DNA of 64,000 bases from contig JAQUAK010000001.1 in the NCBI GenBank assembly GCA_028687275.1, positions 507,024-571,023 on the forward strand, written 5' to 3'. Numbering within the stretch: the first letter of the stretch is position 1; the number at the start of each line of letters is the position of its first letter. The DNA comes from Patescibacteria group bacterium. Lineage in GTDB: Bacteria > Patescibacteriota > Patescibacteriia > Patescibacteriales > UBA12465. The notes beneath the pieces are model-generated. The model was not told the DNA's origin and did not search any database. It worked only from the letters and a program-made list of their open reading frames with translations. Position numbers and translations under genes: made by a program. Shown here in pieces: positions 10,059-19,966 of this stretch.

Positions 10059-11270
10059 TTATCTCTTCGATCGAAAAAACTTACGACCCCTTAAAGCTTC
10101 AGGCAAATATTCCTGATTAGAATCATCTTCTAAAGGTGTGTATTTATAATTTTTGCCATAACCTAAATTTTTCATCAATTTAGTAGGAGCATTACGTAAA
10201 TACAGAGGCACAGGCAAATTACCACTCTCTCTTACTTCAGCACTAGCTGCATTAAACGCCTGATAGACATCGATATTTTTTGTAGTTTTAGATAAATAGG
10301 TAACAGCGTGAGCTAAATGCACGCCACATTCAGGCATGCCAATGTTTTTACAAGCATCATATACGGCCGTAGTAAGTAGCAAGGCGCTATTATTCGCTAT
10401 GCCCACATCCTCACTAGCAAAACGGACTAAACGACGAGCAATGTATAAGGGGTCTTCACCAGCCTCAAGCATACGTGCTAAATAATATAAGGCAGCATTT
10501 TCATCATTACCACGCATTGATTTATGTAAGGCGGAGATTAAATTATAGTGCTCTTCCCCGCTTTTATCATAAAGCAGATTTGGCTTATTAATAATTTCTT
10601 TAATTAAATCAACCTCAATTTCTTTTTTATGAGCAGCCGCCGTCTCTACTAAACCAATCGCCCGACGAGCGTCACCATTAGCTAAGCGAGCGATTAGACG
10701 TGATGGATTAGCTTTAATTTTTACCTGCAAGGTTTTCGCAGCTCGCTTAACAATTATCAATAAAGCTTCTTCATTTAAGGCTTCCAAAACAACCACTTTA
10801 ACACGAGAAAGCAAGGCGCCATTAACAGCAAAGCTGGGATTTTCCGTGGTAGCACCAATTAAAGTAACTACCCCATTTTCTACTTGTGGTAGCAGAGCGT
10901 CCTGCTGAGATTTATTCCAGCGATGAATCTCATCAATAAATAAAATTGTTTTTACTCCCAAACGTTTACCCGAACGCGCTTTTTCAACAATAGCTTTTAA
11001 GTCCTTTACTCCGCTTTCAGTGGCCGATAATTGAATAAAATCGGCTTTAGTTTCTTGAGCAATTAAAGAAGCTAGGGTTGTCTTGCCTGTGCCCGGTGGC
11101 CCCCAGAAGATAAGTGAAGGCACACGATCATTTTTAATCGCTTCTAAGAGCCAGCCATTGGACTTTAAAATTAATTCCTGACCAACAACTTCATCTAATT
11201 TTTTAGGGCGTAAATAAGCCGCTAAAGGCAAACCGTCAAACATATGCTTATATTGTATACTGAATGGCAT
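10059..11270 (-). CDS. rarA: Replication-associated recombination protein A (RarA/MgsA AAA+ ATPase)
   Basis: 403 aa; Walker A GPPGTGKTTLA, Walker B ILFIDEIHR, MgsA C-terminal helical domains. Confidence 0.9.
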   Translation of the reverse strand: MPFSIQYKHMFDGLPLAAYLRPKKLDEVVGQELILKSNGWLLEAIKNDRVPSLIFWGPPGTGKTTLASLIAQETKADFIQLSATESGVKDLKAIVEKARSGKRLGVKTILFIDEIHRWNKSQQDALLPQVENGVVTLIGATTENPSFAVNGALLSRVKVVVLEALNEEALLIIVKRAAKTLQVKIKANPSRLIARLANGDARRAIGLVETAAAHKKEIEVDLIKEIINKPNLLYDKSGEEHYNLISALHKSMRGNDENAALYYLARMLEAGEDPLYIARRLVRFASEDVGIANNSALLLTTAVYDACKNIGMPECGVHLAHAVTYLSKTTKNIDVYQAFNAASAEVRESGNLPVPLYLRNAPTKLMKNLGYGKNYKYTPLEDDSNQEYLPEALRGRKFFRSKR

Positions 11271-11348
11271 TTCAAGGCTATCTTGACAAAAATAAAATAC
11301 ACTGTTGTAATGTCGATAAGTCTAACATTCATTAACAACTTAAGAGCC

Positions 11349-11777
11349 ATGAAAAACAGATTAAAATCTCCAAAACGGATAAAAATGGAAAGGATTGTCA
11401 TCATCCAAATACTGGCTCTCATATTAATGGCAGCCATTTACAGCAACAACTTTTTTTTAATTTTTGCTACCGGACTGTTCATTGCTATATTTATTAGCTT
11501 CTGGTCCAGGAAAACAAAAAGAACATGGGGGCTAATAGTATGCCCTCTAACTCTAATAACAATACTGATGATAATGTTCATCACAACATTGATTATTTAT
11601 TTATCAACCTTTCAACCGAGCTCTTGGATAATAAAAACTTGTATATCAAGTTTTGTAGGAGCGCTTATTATGAATTTTTATTTTTTCACAATGGCGGACG
11701 ATGAGATTCGTCAAGAAGTCAAGGATTGCCTACATCATAAACTCACCTCACAATTAAAACAATTAAAAAAAGAATAA
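11349..11777 (+). CDS. Hypothetical small polytopic membrane protein
   Basis: Three or four hydrophobic helices. The track ORF begins at 11244 overlapping the rarA start; a start at M36 (11349) or M48 (11385) is more likely. Confidence 0.35.
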   Translation: MKNRLKSPKRIKMERIVIIQILALILMAAIYSNNFFLIFATGLFIAIFISFWSRKTKRTWGLIVCPLTLITILMIMFITTLIIYLSTFQPSSWIIKTCISSFVGALIMNFYFFTMADDEIRQEVKDCLHHKLTSQLKQLKKE

Positions 11778-11987
11778 GTCATGAAAAAAGCCATAGAGAT
11801 AATTAAGCTCGTAATTTGGGCTTATACAACAAGAAAAAAGATACTAAAAAGCCCTAGGGAAAGGCTTTATTAAACACAAAAGCGGTATTCAAAAAGAATG
11901 CCGCCTTTTTATTTCCTATAAGATTTAATGATCAAAAATGGTTAGTGAAAATACTAGATTTTTTAATATATAAAATTAATAATTTAC

Positions 11988-12797
11988 TTATTTCCCCCTC
12001 TTCCTAAACCAAGGGATTAAGGCGCTCGTATGACTTTTATACTCTTCAAAATCAGGTCGGCCGCGATAACGCTCTTCCATAGGCAAACCAGAGACAAAAA
12101 GCATAATATAAGTTAGAACTAAGGGAGAAACTACTAACATCCAAGAATTAGATGCACCTAACACAAGAAAAAACATACCCCACCAAAAAATAATTTCAGC
12201 AAAATAATTAGGATGGCGACTATAACGCCATAAACCACTAGTTATTAATTTATTAGAGTTTTCCTTAACACGTAAAAATTGATACCGCTGCCAATCAGCT
12301 ACAGTTTCAATAAATAAACCTAAAAGCAATAACATTATTCCCAAATAATTAACTGAGAATAAAGGCAAAGAAATTAAACGTAAACTATACACTATTGGTA
12401 AGCCAATAATCATCATTAAAGCTCCTTGAAATAAAAAAACTTGTAAATAGGTAGCAATAAAACAACGACAAAATTGAAAGCGCTGCGACTTATCATTACA
12501 CCAATTTGGCTGATCTTCCCGCCAATGGTGATAGCGCCAATCATCCCCTTTACTTAAATTGCGACGATAGTTGTGAAAAAACAATCTTAAACCCCAAAGA
12601 CTGGTTAATAGCAAAACCCAATATGCTCTTTCATCTAGAACAATATCTCTAAAACTCAGAGATATCCAAGCCAAAAAAACAAAACCACTACCCCAAGCTA
12701 GATCAACTACATCCCTTCTTTTAATCCATAAAGACACTAAAAACCAAACGGTCATATAGAAAAAAATAAACAGCGGCAAAAACCAAAGTAAATCCAT
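11988..12797 (-). CDS. DUF1295 / steroid-5-alpha-reductase / ICMT-like membrane protein
   Basis: 269 aa polytopic; C-terminal RHPNYFAEIIFWWGMF...GLPMEERY is the conserved motif of the DUF1295/ICMT-like methyltransferase/reductase superfamily. Confidence 0.6.
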   Translation of the reverse strand: MDLLWFLPLFIFFYMTVWFLVSLWIKRRDVVDLAWGSGFVFLAWISLSFRDIVLDERAYWVLLLTSLWGLRLFFHNYRRNLSKGDDWRYHHWREDQPNWCNDKSQRFQFCRCFIATYLQVFLFQGALMMIIGLPIVYSLRLISLPLFSVNYLGIMLLLLGLFIETVADWQRYQFLRVKENSNKLITSGLWRYSRHPNYFAEIIFWWGMFFLVLGASNSWMLVVSPLVLTYIMLFVSGLPMEERYRGRPDFEEYKSHTSALIPWFRKRGK

Positions 12798-12802
12798 ACA
12801 AA

Positions 12803-14917
12803 TTAATTATTATCTAAAGTGATTTTAGCATCAAGTACCATCACTCCTTTATTATAAACAACAACTGGGTTCAAATCAATTTCTTTTATCTGTGGGAAGT
12901 CCTGCAAAAGACGATATAGACGTAATAGTATATCAACTACAGCTTTTTTATCAGCTGCTTTAGCTCCTCGAGCACCATCAAGAAGGGTATTAACTTTTAG
13001 ACTGGTAAACATTTCTCTAATTACTGTTTTATTAAAAGGCGGCAAAATGAAAGTTGAATCTTTAATAATTTCCGTATAAATACCACCCCAACCAAGCATT
13101 AAGGCATGACCCAGCCCATTATCTTTAACTGCGCCAACAATTAGTTCCGCTAGGCCAGGATTAAACATGGGCATAATCAAGACGCCAAAGAGACGTGCTT
13201 TGGGATTATTCTTAGAGACTGCTCTTAATAGACTCTTACGAGCCGAAGGAATGTCGCCAGGCTCAACATTAAGCATGACGCCGCCAACATCGCTCTTATG
13301 CAGAATATCAGGCGAAGCTACTTTTATTGCAAGCCTCCCTTTAAAATACTTGGTAGCCAAAATAGCATCTTCATTATTATCAACTAAGATAAATTTAGGC
13401 GTAGGGATCCCATAGGCTTTTAGAATCGGCAGAACTTGAAATTCAGCCAAAGCAGTGAATGACTCTGCCTTTGCTTGAATAAAAATTTTATCAGCCTCAT
13501 GCCTGGAGAGACGATTAATTTTAGGTAAGTCAAAAACTTTCTTATCATTAAATAAATGCTTAGAATCATTAAATTTAGATAGGGCCGCTAAAGCCTTAAC
13601 CGCCTCTTCTGGATAAGTATAGACGGCCACGCCTACTTGCCTGAGTTTAACGATACTATCTTCCATTAAAGAAGCCCCCATTAAACAAACTGCTAGCGGC
13701 TTTAAACATTTTTTTTGCCAATTAACTAACCAGTGTGTTAACTCGTCGACTCTAGTCATTGACTGCGGTGAAACCACAATAAGCATTGAATCAACCTTAG
13801 CGTCTTGAGAAATTATTTCTAAAGCAGCTCGATAACGTTCTGGGCCCGCATCACCCAGCAGGTCTACGGGATTATGACTTGAGCCCGCTGCCGGTAAAAC
13901 TTTTTTCAATTTTTGTTTAGATTCAAGTGATAGACTAGCAACATTTAATCCATTGTAAGCCAAAGCATCAACTGCTAATATACCAGGCCCACCAGCATTA
14001 GTAATAATCGCTACTCTTTTAGCGGGTAAATGTTTATTGTTATTAAAGATTTGTAAATACGAAAAAAATTCATTAACTGAGTTAGCCCTAATAACTCCAT
14101 GCCTAGAGAAAAAAGCATCATAAACCGCATCATTGCCGGCCATCGCTCCTGTATGAGAAAGGCTGGCGCTGGCGCCAATGCTGGTACGACCTGACTTTAA
14201 AATAACGACTGGTTTAGGATTGGCACCAACACATAAATTGTCAATCACGGCTCCTAATATTTCTGGCCGATTTAGTTGTTCAGCATAAATACCGAAGACT
14301 TTCGTCTTCTTATCATTTTTCCAATAGGAGATTAAATCAGCCTCATCGATTACTGCCTTATTACCAACACTAGCAAAAACAGAAAAACCAATATTTAAAT
14401 CACGAGCAATATCAATAATAGCCGTGCCTAAAGCCCCACTTTGAGTTAGAAAGGCTAAACCACCAGCCTTAGGCATTAAAGGCGCAAAACTTAAATTTAA
14501 TTTTTTAGACGGATTAATTAAACCCAGGCAATTTGGACCAAGCACAGCTATATTATATTTTTGAGCAATTTTTTTGATCTCTATTTCTAAATCCTGTCTA
14601 CCCACATCTTTAAAACCAGCAGAAATAATAATGGCAGCTGGAACACCAAGACGACCAGCCTCTTCTAGCACCTGAGCCACGATGGCCGCTGGAACAATAA
14701 TTAAAACCAAATCAATCTTAGTCTTTATCTGACTAATAGATTGATAACATTTTAAACCAGACAATATTTTAGCTTTTGGATTAACCGGATATATTTTCCC
14801 CTTGTACCCAGATTTAATCAAGTTCTTCAGAGTATCACTACCAACACTGCCCTCTCTAGTGGAGGCTCCAACAACTGCTACGGATTTTGGCTCAAATAGA
14901 GCTTTTAATTTTAACAT
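12803..14917 (-). CDS. Acetate--CoA ligase (ADP-forming), fused alpha-beta subunits (acyl-CoA synthetase, NDP-forming)
   Basis: 704 aa; N-terminal CoA-binding domain (KSVAVVGASTREGSVG), succinyl-CoA-synthetase-like flavodoxin domain, C-terminal ATP-grasp. Confidence 0.85.
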   Translation of the reverse strand: MLKLKALFEPKSVAVVGASTREGSVGSDTLKNLIKSGYKGKIYPVNPKAKILSGLKCYQSISQIKTKIDLVLIIVPAAIVAQVLEEAGRLGVPAAIIISAGFKDVGRQDLEIEIKKIAQKYNIAVLGPNCLGLINPSKKLNLSFAPLMPKAGGLAFLTQSGALGTAIIDIARDLNIGFSVFASVGNKAVIDEADLISYWKNDKKTKVFGIYAEQLNRPEILGAVIDNLCVGANPKPVVILKSGRTSIGASASLSHTGAMAGNDAVYDAFFSRHGVIRANSVNEFFSYLQIFNNNKHLPAKRVAIITNAGGPGILAVDALAYNGLNVASLSLESKQKLKKVLPAAGSSHNPVDLLGDAGPERYRAALEIISQDAKVDSMLIVVSPQSMTRVDELTHWLVNWQKKCLKPLAVCLMGASLMEDSIVKLRQVGVAVYTYPEEAVKALAALSKFNDSKHLFNDKKVFDLPKINRLSRHEADKIFIQAKAESFTALAEFQVLPILKAYGIPTPKFILVDNNEDAILATKYFKGRLAIKVASPDILHKSDVGGVMLNVEPGDIPSARKSLLRAVSKNNPKARLFGVLIMPMFNPGLAELIVGAVKDNGLGHALMLGWGGIYTEIIKDSTFILPPFNKTVIREMFTSLKVNTLLDGARGAKAADKKAVVDILLRLYRLLQDFPQIKEIDLNPVVVYNKGVMVLDAKITLDNN

Positions 14918-14933
14918 ATATCAAAAATAATAT

Positions 14934-15365
14934 TTATAAATACTTTGTAGCGACAGGCGGATAAACCTTAATGCCCTTCAAATCTTTAGAACTCACCCAC
15001 TCTGCCCGCGCTTCACCTTTAGAATCTAAAATAGGCCAAGACTTTTGTAGGTAATATTTTTTAGATTGCAAACTGACTGCATATAAATAAACAATTTCAT
15101 GTCCTGGTCTTCCATTAAAATTAAAAATATTTTCTTCAACGCCCAATAATTTAGCTGAAGTTATGTTTGCGCCCAGCTCCTCTTTAATTTCCCGACGCAG
15201 AGCTTTAATAGTGCTTTCACCAAAATCAACGCCGCCACCTAGTAATCGATAGTGAGCTTGTTTTTTTAATTTATCAAAGCCAGCACAAGCCAAAAACTTA
15301 CCTTTATTTTTAATAAGAGCTATAGCTAAAACACGAATATTTTTATGATCAATCGGCATAATCAA
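14934..15365 (-). CDS. NUDIX hydrolase
   Basis: 143 aa; Nudix box GGGVDFGESTIKALRREIKEELG. Confidence 0.75.
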   Translation of the reverse strand: MIMPIDHKNIRVLAIALIKNKGKFLACAGFDKLKKQAHYRLLGGGVDFGESTIKALRREIKEELGANITSAKLLGVEENIFNFNGRPGHEIVYLYAVSLQSKKYYLQKSWPILDSKGEARAEWVSSKDLKGIKVYPPVATKYL

Positions 15366-16206
15366 TTATTTCTTTTAATACCTCTAAAGGTAGGGTAAAA
15401 TCGCCATCATTTAAAATCAGAGCATCATAAACCTTACGATAATAAGGCAGAGACTCCTGAATTTTATCATTTAAAAAACCAATTTTTAAAGTTGCTTGAG
15501 CGCCAAAACCATTATCCATCCCCGCGTCGCCTAAGCTATCACCTAAAAGCAGAATATTACTGCGGTGTACAAATTTTTTGTCCGCAGCGACATTAGCCAG
15601 ACCAGATTCATCTTTATTAAAACTATGTACTACTGGTCTCTTAAAATCGAGTGCTAGGCCGTCTTTAGACCAGACAAAGTCATTGGCGACTAAAATAATA
15701 TTATCAGTCCAGAGCCCACGACGAATTAAATAATACTTAAGGCCGGAGATGCCTAGGCCGGAAGCAGAAAAAATATAAATAGGAATATTTTTTTTATCTA
15801 AAAGCTCCAGGAATTCTATCACGCCACTACGTAAATTAGATAAGCAATTATCAGCCACATCGGCTATGTTTGTCTCACTTAAGCCAGACTCAATTAGCAA
15901 TTGAAAATGTTTTTGCCACCATTCAGTCATCAAAGCCTTTTTATCAATCAAACTTAAGGTTAGATCAGCTTCAAAAGGTTGATAATAATCATGCAAAGCC
16001 TGTGCTTTTAAGGAATAATTAGCAGGAAGATAATTTCCCTCACGTAAAGCGCCCATTAAGGAAGGGGCCTTACGCCCACGAATAAAATTAGTGGTTAAAG
16101 TGCGATCAAAATCCGCTAGAATTTTCAATTTTAAATCACCTCCACGCAACAAGCGCATTTTTTTACTCTGGAAATTATCTGGATTTGGAAATATTAATTC
16201 TTCCAT
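15349..16206 (-). CDS. Pyrimidine 5'-nucleotidase-like (UMPH-1 family) HAD phosphatase
   Basis: 285 aa; HAD motif I DFDRTLT, distal motif LLLGDSLGDAGMD. Overall resemblance to cytosolic 5'-nucleotidase III; 17-nt overlap with the downstream NUDIX gene. Confidence 0.55.
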   Translation of the reverse strand: MEELIFPNPDNFQSKKMRLLRGGDLKLKILADFDRTLTTNFIRGRKAPSLMGALREGNYLPANYSLKAQALHDYYQPFEADLTLSLIDKKALMTEWWQKHFQLLIESGLSETNIADVADNCLSNLRSGVIEFLELLDKKNIPIYIFSASGLGISGLKYYLIRRGLWTDNIILVANDFVWSKDGLALDFKRPVVHSFNKDESGLANVAADKKFVHRSNILLLGDSLGDAGMDNGFGAQATLKIGFLNDKIQESLPYYRKVYDALILNDGDFTLPLEVLKEIIDYAD

Positions 16207-16212
16207 AGACTT

Positions 16213-16701
16213 TTAATTTAACTGCCAAATTGAAAAATTTAAAAAAGCAGCAAAAGAAACCCAGGTTAAATAAGGCCACAGCAACCAAGCAGCCCTTTTA
16301 TCAACTCGATAAAAATTAATCATTAAAGCGGCAATAGCCAGCCATAAAGCAATTATTTCTAAAAAAGCTAAGCGTGGATTATTTAAACCAAAAAAGAAAT
16401 AGGACCAGAGTAAATTAAAAGCGAGTTGTATAAAAAACATGTTTACACCCTTTCTAACTAATATATCCTTCCAGCCGTGGCGCCAAACCAAAAAAAGAGC
16501 GACACCCATCAATATAAACAACAGTGTCCAGACAGGAGCAAATATCCAATTAGGTGGATTAAACCAAGGCTTGAGCAATGAGTCATACCAAGTGCCGGGC
16601 CCAGTCTCAGTAAAAACTGAACCCAGAGTGCCTACACTCAAACTAATAGCCAGACTAATAACTAGCAATAACCAAGATTTAATTTTAATCATATTATTCA
16701 A
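16213..16701 (-). CDS. tspO: TspO/MBR family tryptophan-rich sensory protein
   Basis: 162 aa, five TM helices; WYDSLLKPWFNPPNWIFAPVWTLLFILMGVALFLVW is the TspO signature. Confidence 0.8.
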   Translation of the reverse strand: MNNMIKIKSWLLLVISLAISLSVGTLGSVFTETGPGTWYDSLLKPWFNPPNWIFAPVWTLLFILMGVALFLVWRHGWKDILVRKGVNMFFIQLAFNLLWSYFFFGLNNPRLAFLEIIALWLAIAALMINFYRVDKRAAWLLWPYLTWVSFAAFLNFSIWQLN

Positions 16702-16794
16702 ATTATAAGTATATTATAACATATCTATAGACAAAAGCGACTTCTATTTTTTGTAGAAGCCGCTTAAATATAATCAAATAATAACAGACTAATT

Positions 16795-17787
16795 CTATCG
16801 AATCTTTTGCAATAATTCTTCACTAATATTTAAATCTTTTAAATTTCTAATTAAGTTAGGGTTTTGCTTAATCATATCAGCAAACAGCTTATCGTTATCC
16901 ATCAAATTATCTTCAAAAATAGCCTTTAACTCTGGGCTCTCTTCAAAAGTTATGCGTAATTTATTCAATTGCGCCTCATCATTAAACATCATTTTACCTG
17001 GCCCAAAACCTCTAGGCATGCCTTCAAAATCCTTCGATGGATCCATCATCATATCGTGAGGCTGTAAACGTTTAAAGAATTCCCTGCCTGGTTTAACTGG
17101 AAAAATTTTCTTGGCCCTAAATTCATGATCCCCGATTACTTCTCCCATAACTCGCAGCGGCTGCCCGACAACAATCAAATTATTATCAATATCCTTGTCA
17201 GCATCGGTAATTTGCGCTACATACCACTCACCACTATCACGATCAAGTAGAATAAAGTGACTTTCATCTGGTCTAGAAATAACTAAACCAGCTAAACGAC
17301 CCTCCTCAGCCCGTGACCACATACCTACATGAGGATTAAAAACGCTATCATACAAAGGAGCCTGACGCGCTAAAACATCATCAATGTCTTGTCCTACACC
17401 CAAGAAAGAAAAAGCAAAACCAACAATTACACTAGCTAGTACGGCCGCTAAAACAATTAGATAAACCGAATAATGGTAACCTCTTTTGCTATGCTTAATA
17501 TTATAAAACAAAACCCACAAGAATAAGGCGAGAAATAACAACCAAAAATATGGCAATGATAAAAATAGATAGCCAACAAAACTATGCCCCAATTCGGCGT
17601 GCATCATTAAATCACTATTTTTGGATAAATATATCATCATCGCTACTGCTGCCGCGCCAACAAACAGAGACAAGGCTCCAAATAACCAAATTACACCTTC
17701 TTTTAATAAAAAATGCCAGCGTGGCTTAGGCGCCATGCTTTCTTTTTTAATTTTTTCAATTACTTTTTGATCCAAATTTGCAAACAT
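16795..17787 (-). CDS. Membrane protein, putative anti-sigma factor partner of the upstream ECF sigma
   Basis: 330 aa; cytoplasmic N-terminus, three TM helices, extracytoplasmic C-terminal domain; 7 nt downstream of the ECF sigma gene. The function is inferred from gene position and topology only. Confidence 0.4.
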   Translation of the reverse strand: MFANLDQKVIEKIKKESMAPKPRWHFLLKEGVIWLFGALSLFVGAAAVAMMIYLSKNSDLMMHAELGHSFVGYLFLSLPYFWLLFLALFLWVLFYNIKHSKRGYHYSVYLIVLAAVLASVIVGFAFSFLGVGQDIDDVLARQAPLYDSVFNPHVGMWSRAEEGRLAGLVISRPDESHFILLDRDSGEWYVAQITDADKDIDNNLIVVGQPLRVMGEVIGDHEFRAKKIFPVKPGREFFKRLQPHDMMMDPSKDFEGMPRGFGPGKMMFNDEAQLNKLRITFEESPELKAIFEDNLMDNDKLFADMIKQNPNLIRNLKDLNISEELLQKIR

Positions 17788-17794
17788 ATATTTA

Positions 17795-18376
17795 TTACTC
17801 CGTTATATTTTCTGGTAAAGCATTTTTCAAAGATTTTTTAGCTCGATTAAGTAAAGAAGCCACCGTACCTGAAGGTTTTTTTAAAATATCAGAAATCTCC
17901 TGGTAACTCTTATCTTCAAAGAATTTAAGAATTAAAATTTCACGATGCTTAATACTTATTTTTTCCAAACCCCGACTAATTAGCTCCTGACGCAGATGTT
18001 TATCGGAAATTTCATCCAAAGCAATATCGTCAGCCAAAATATCAAAATTAATGTTATCGATTGGAAAAGCATGAATCTCCGGGCGAACTTGTTTCTTTCG
18101 ATAATTACTAATAGCTTGATTGTGAGCTATTCGATAAATCCAAGAAGAAAATTTTAAATCTTGATCAAACTCATTTAAATTAAGATAAACTTTTAAAAAT
18201 ATGTCTTGCAATAAATCTTTAACATCTTCTTCGTTGCTTACGCCTAGGCGACGCAAATAACGCGCTAACTTTTCCTGATAGCGGTTAATGATATACGAAA
18301 ATTTATCTTGATCATCTAAGCTTAGACGAACCAAATCCGCATCCTCCAATTCTAAATTATGAGCAACACTATCCAT
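17795..18376 (-). CDS. RNA polymerase ECF-type sigma-70 factor
   Basis: 193 aa; region 2 (IFLKVYLNLNEFDQDLKFSSWIYRIAHNQAISNYRKK) and region 4 HTH (SYQEISDILKKPSGTVASLLNRAKKSL). Confidence 0.85.
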   Translation of the reverse strand: MDSVAHNLELEDADLVRLSLDDQDKFSYIINRYQEKLARYLRRLGVSNEEDVKDLLQDIFLKVYLNLNEFDQDLKFSSWIYRIAHNQAISNYRKKQVRPEIHAFPIDNINFDILADDIALDEISDKHLRQELISRGLEKISIKHREILILKFFEDKSYQEISDILKKPSGTVASLLNRAKKSLKNALPENITE

Positions 18377-18439
18377 GATTTTACTTATACTAATTATTAC
18401 GTATATCCGAGTCTTTTCTTCCCTATTAACTAAATCATC

Positions 18440-19966
18440 CTAAGAATTTAGAGCTAATAGTTCCGACATTATTTTCCTATCATTAGACAATCTAGGAACT
18501 TTTGCCTGTCCGCCTAAGCGTTTTTTTTCTTTAAGCCAGCAATAGAATAAATCATGTTTAGCAACAACTAGGAGTGGCGGAGCAAGGTTTAAGTCTTTGT
18601 AACGCTTAGCTTCATAATCGGAATTAAGGCTCATCAGGGTGTTATCAAGCACCTCTATAAACTTTTTCTCATTATCAGGTCTTTTGGCAAATTCAAATAA
18701 CCATTGATGTCTAGCCGCTCCCTCTGATTCGTTAAATAAAGGCGCCGCTGAATATTCCCTTACTTCCGCCGAGCAGGCGTCACAGGCCGCCTTAACTGCT
18801 CGATCAGCATTCTCAACTACCACTTCTTCACCACAAGCGTTAATAAAACTCTTAGTTCTACCAGTAATAATGATTCGATAAGGTTTGATTGAGGTAAATT
18901 TTATGGTATCACCAATTAAATAACGCCATAAACCAGCGTTAGTCGAAATTAATAAAGCATAGTTTTTACCAAGCTCAACCTCAGCTAGAATTAAAACTTT
19001 AGGGATGCTTTTTCCTAATTCGTCTATAGTCACAAATTCATAAAAAATACCCCCATTTAAAAATAAGAGCATATCTGAACGAGACAGGTTATCTTGAAAG
19101 GCAAAAAAACCCTCTGAGGCATTATACACCTCCATATAATTCATGCCCGGACCAGGAATAAGAGCTTCAAACTGAGAACGATAAGCCTCAAAACTAGTAC
19201 CCCCATGAGTAAATAACTCTAAGTTAGGCCAAACTTCGCGTAGATTTTTTTTACCAGTTAACTCTAGTATTTTTTTAGCCAGCACTAAATTCCAAGAAGG
19301 AACTCCAGAAAGGCTAACAATATTTTGGTAGGCAATTATTTCGGCGATTTGCGTTAACTTTTCTTCCCATTCAGTCATGCAAGCGACGCTAAATTTAGGA
19401 CTGCGACGCAAACGCGCCCACCAAGGCAAGTTTTTCATTAGAATAACAGAAACATCAGCAATATACTTATCTGCTCCAATTTCAGAGAACTGCCGGCTAC
19501 CACCAAGAGCAAAATTTTGACCCATTAATAATTTTGAATCTAAGTTTTGAGCAAAATAACTAGCAAATAAGCTCCGACCACCACGATAGTGATTATTTTT
19601 TAAAGCAATACTACTAACTGGAATATATTTACTTTTACTGCCAGTTGTGCCTGACGACTTAGAAAAATACTTAATTTTTTCTGGCCAAAGTAAATAATTT
19701 TCGCCTCGCAACAACCTTTCAATATAGGGCTGGATATCTTCATAGGTGCTAATAGGCACAGCCACCTGAAAATCACCCGGATTCTGAATATTATTGTAGT
19801 TATATTTTTTACCCCACTCCGTTCTACGTCCCTGTTTGATTAAATAATGAAAAACTTTATTCTGCACTAAGAGAGGATTTTTTTCAGAATAATGTAAGGA
19901 TTTACGTCGCCTTGAAAAAGCTAAATTTGGCAATGAAAATTTTCTAAACATATAATTAACTACCAT
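18440..19966 (-). CDS. GH3-family acyl-acid amido synthetase (auxin-responsive GH3-like adenylating enzyme)
   Basis: 508 aa; adenylation motif SSGTTGSKSKYIP and overall GH3 (PF03321-like) layout. Confidence 0.7.
   Translation of the reverse strand: MVVNYMFRKFSLPNLAFSRRRKSLHYSEKNPLLVQNKVFHYLIKQGRRTEWGKKYNYNNIQNPGDFQVAVPISTYEDIQPYIERLLRGENYLLWPEKIKYFSKSSGTTGSKSKYIPVSSIALKNNHYRGGRSLFASYFAQNLDSKLLMGQNFALGGSRQFSEIGADKYIADVSVILMKNLPWWARLRRSPKFSVACMTEWEEKLTQIAEIIAYQNIVSLSGVPSWNLVLAKKILELTGKKNLREVWPNLELFTHGGTSFEAYRSQFEALIPGPGMNYMEVYNASEGFFAFQDNLSRSDMLLFLNGGIFYEFVTIDELGKSIPKVLILAEVELGKNYALLISTNAGLWRYLIGDTIKFTSIKPYRIIITGRTKSFINACGEEVVVENADRAVKAACDACSAEVREYSAAPLFNESEGAARHQWLFEFAKRPDNEKKFIEVLDNTLMSLNSDYEAKRYKDLNLAPPLLVVAKHDLFYCWLKEKKRLGGQAKVPRLSNDRKIMSELLALNS

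Noticed and set aside
11222-11437. 71-aa minus-strand ORF overlapping the rarA start
   Set aside because: Out-of-frame overlap with the rarA N-terminus and with the plus-strand membrane-protein gene; hydrophobic low-complexity product.
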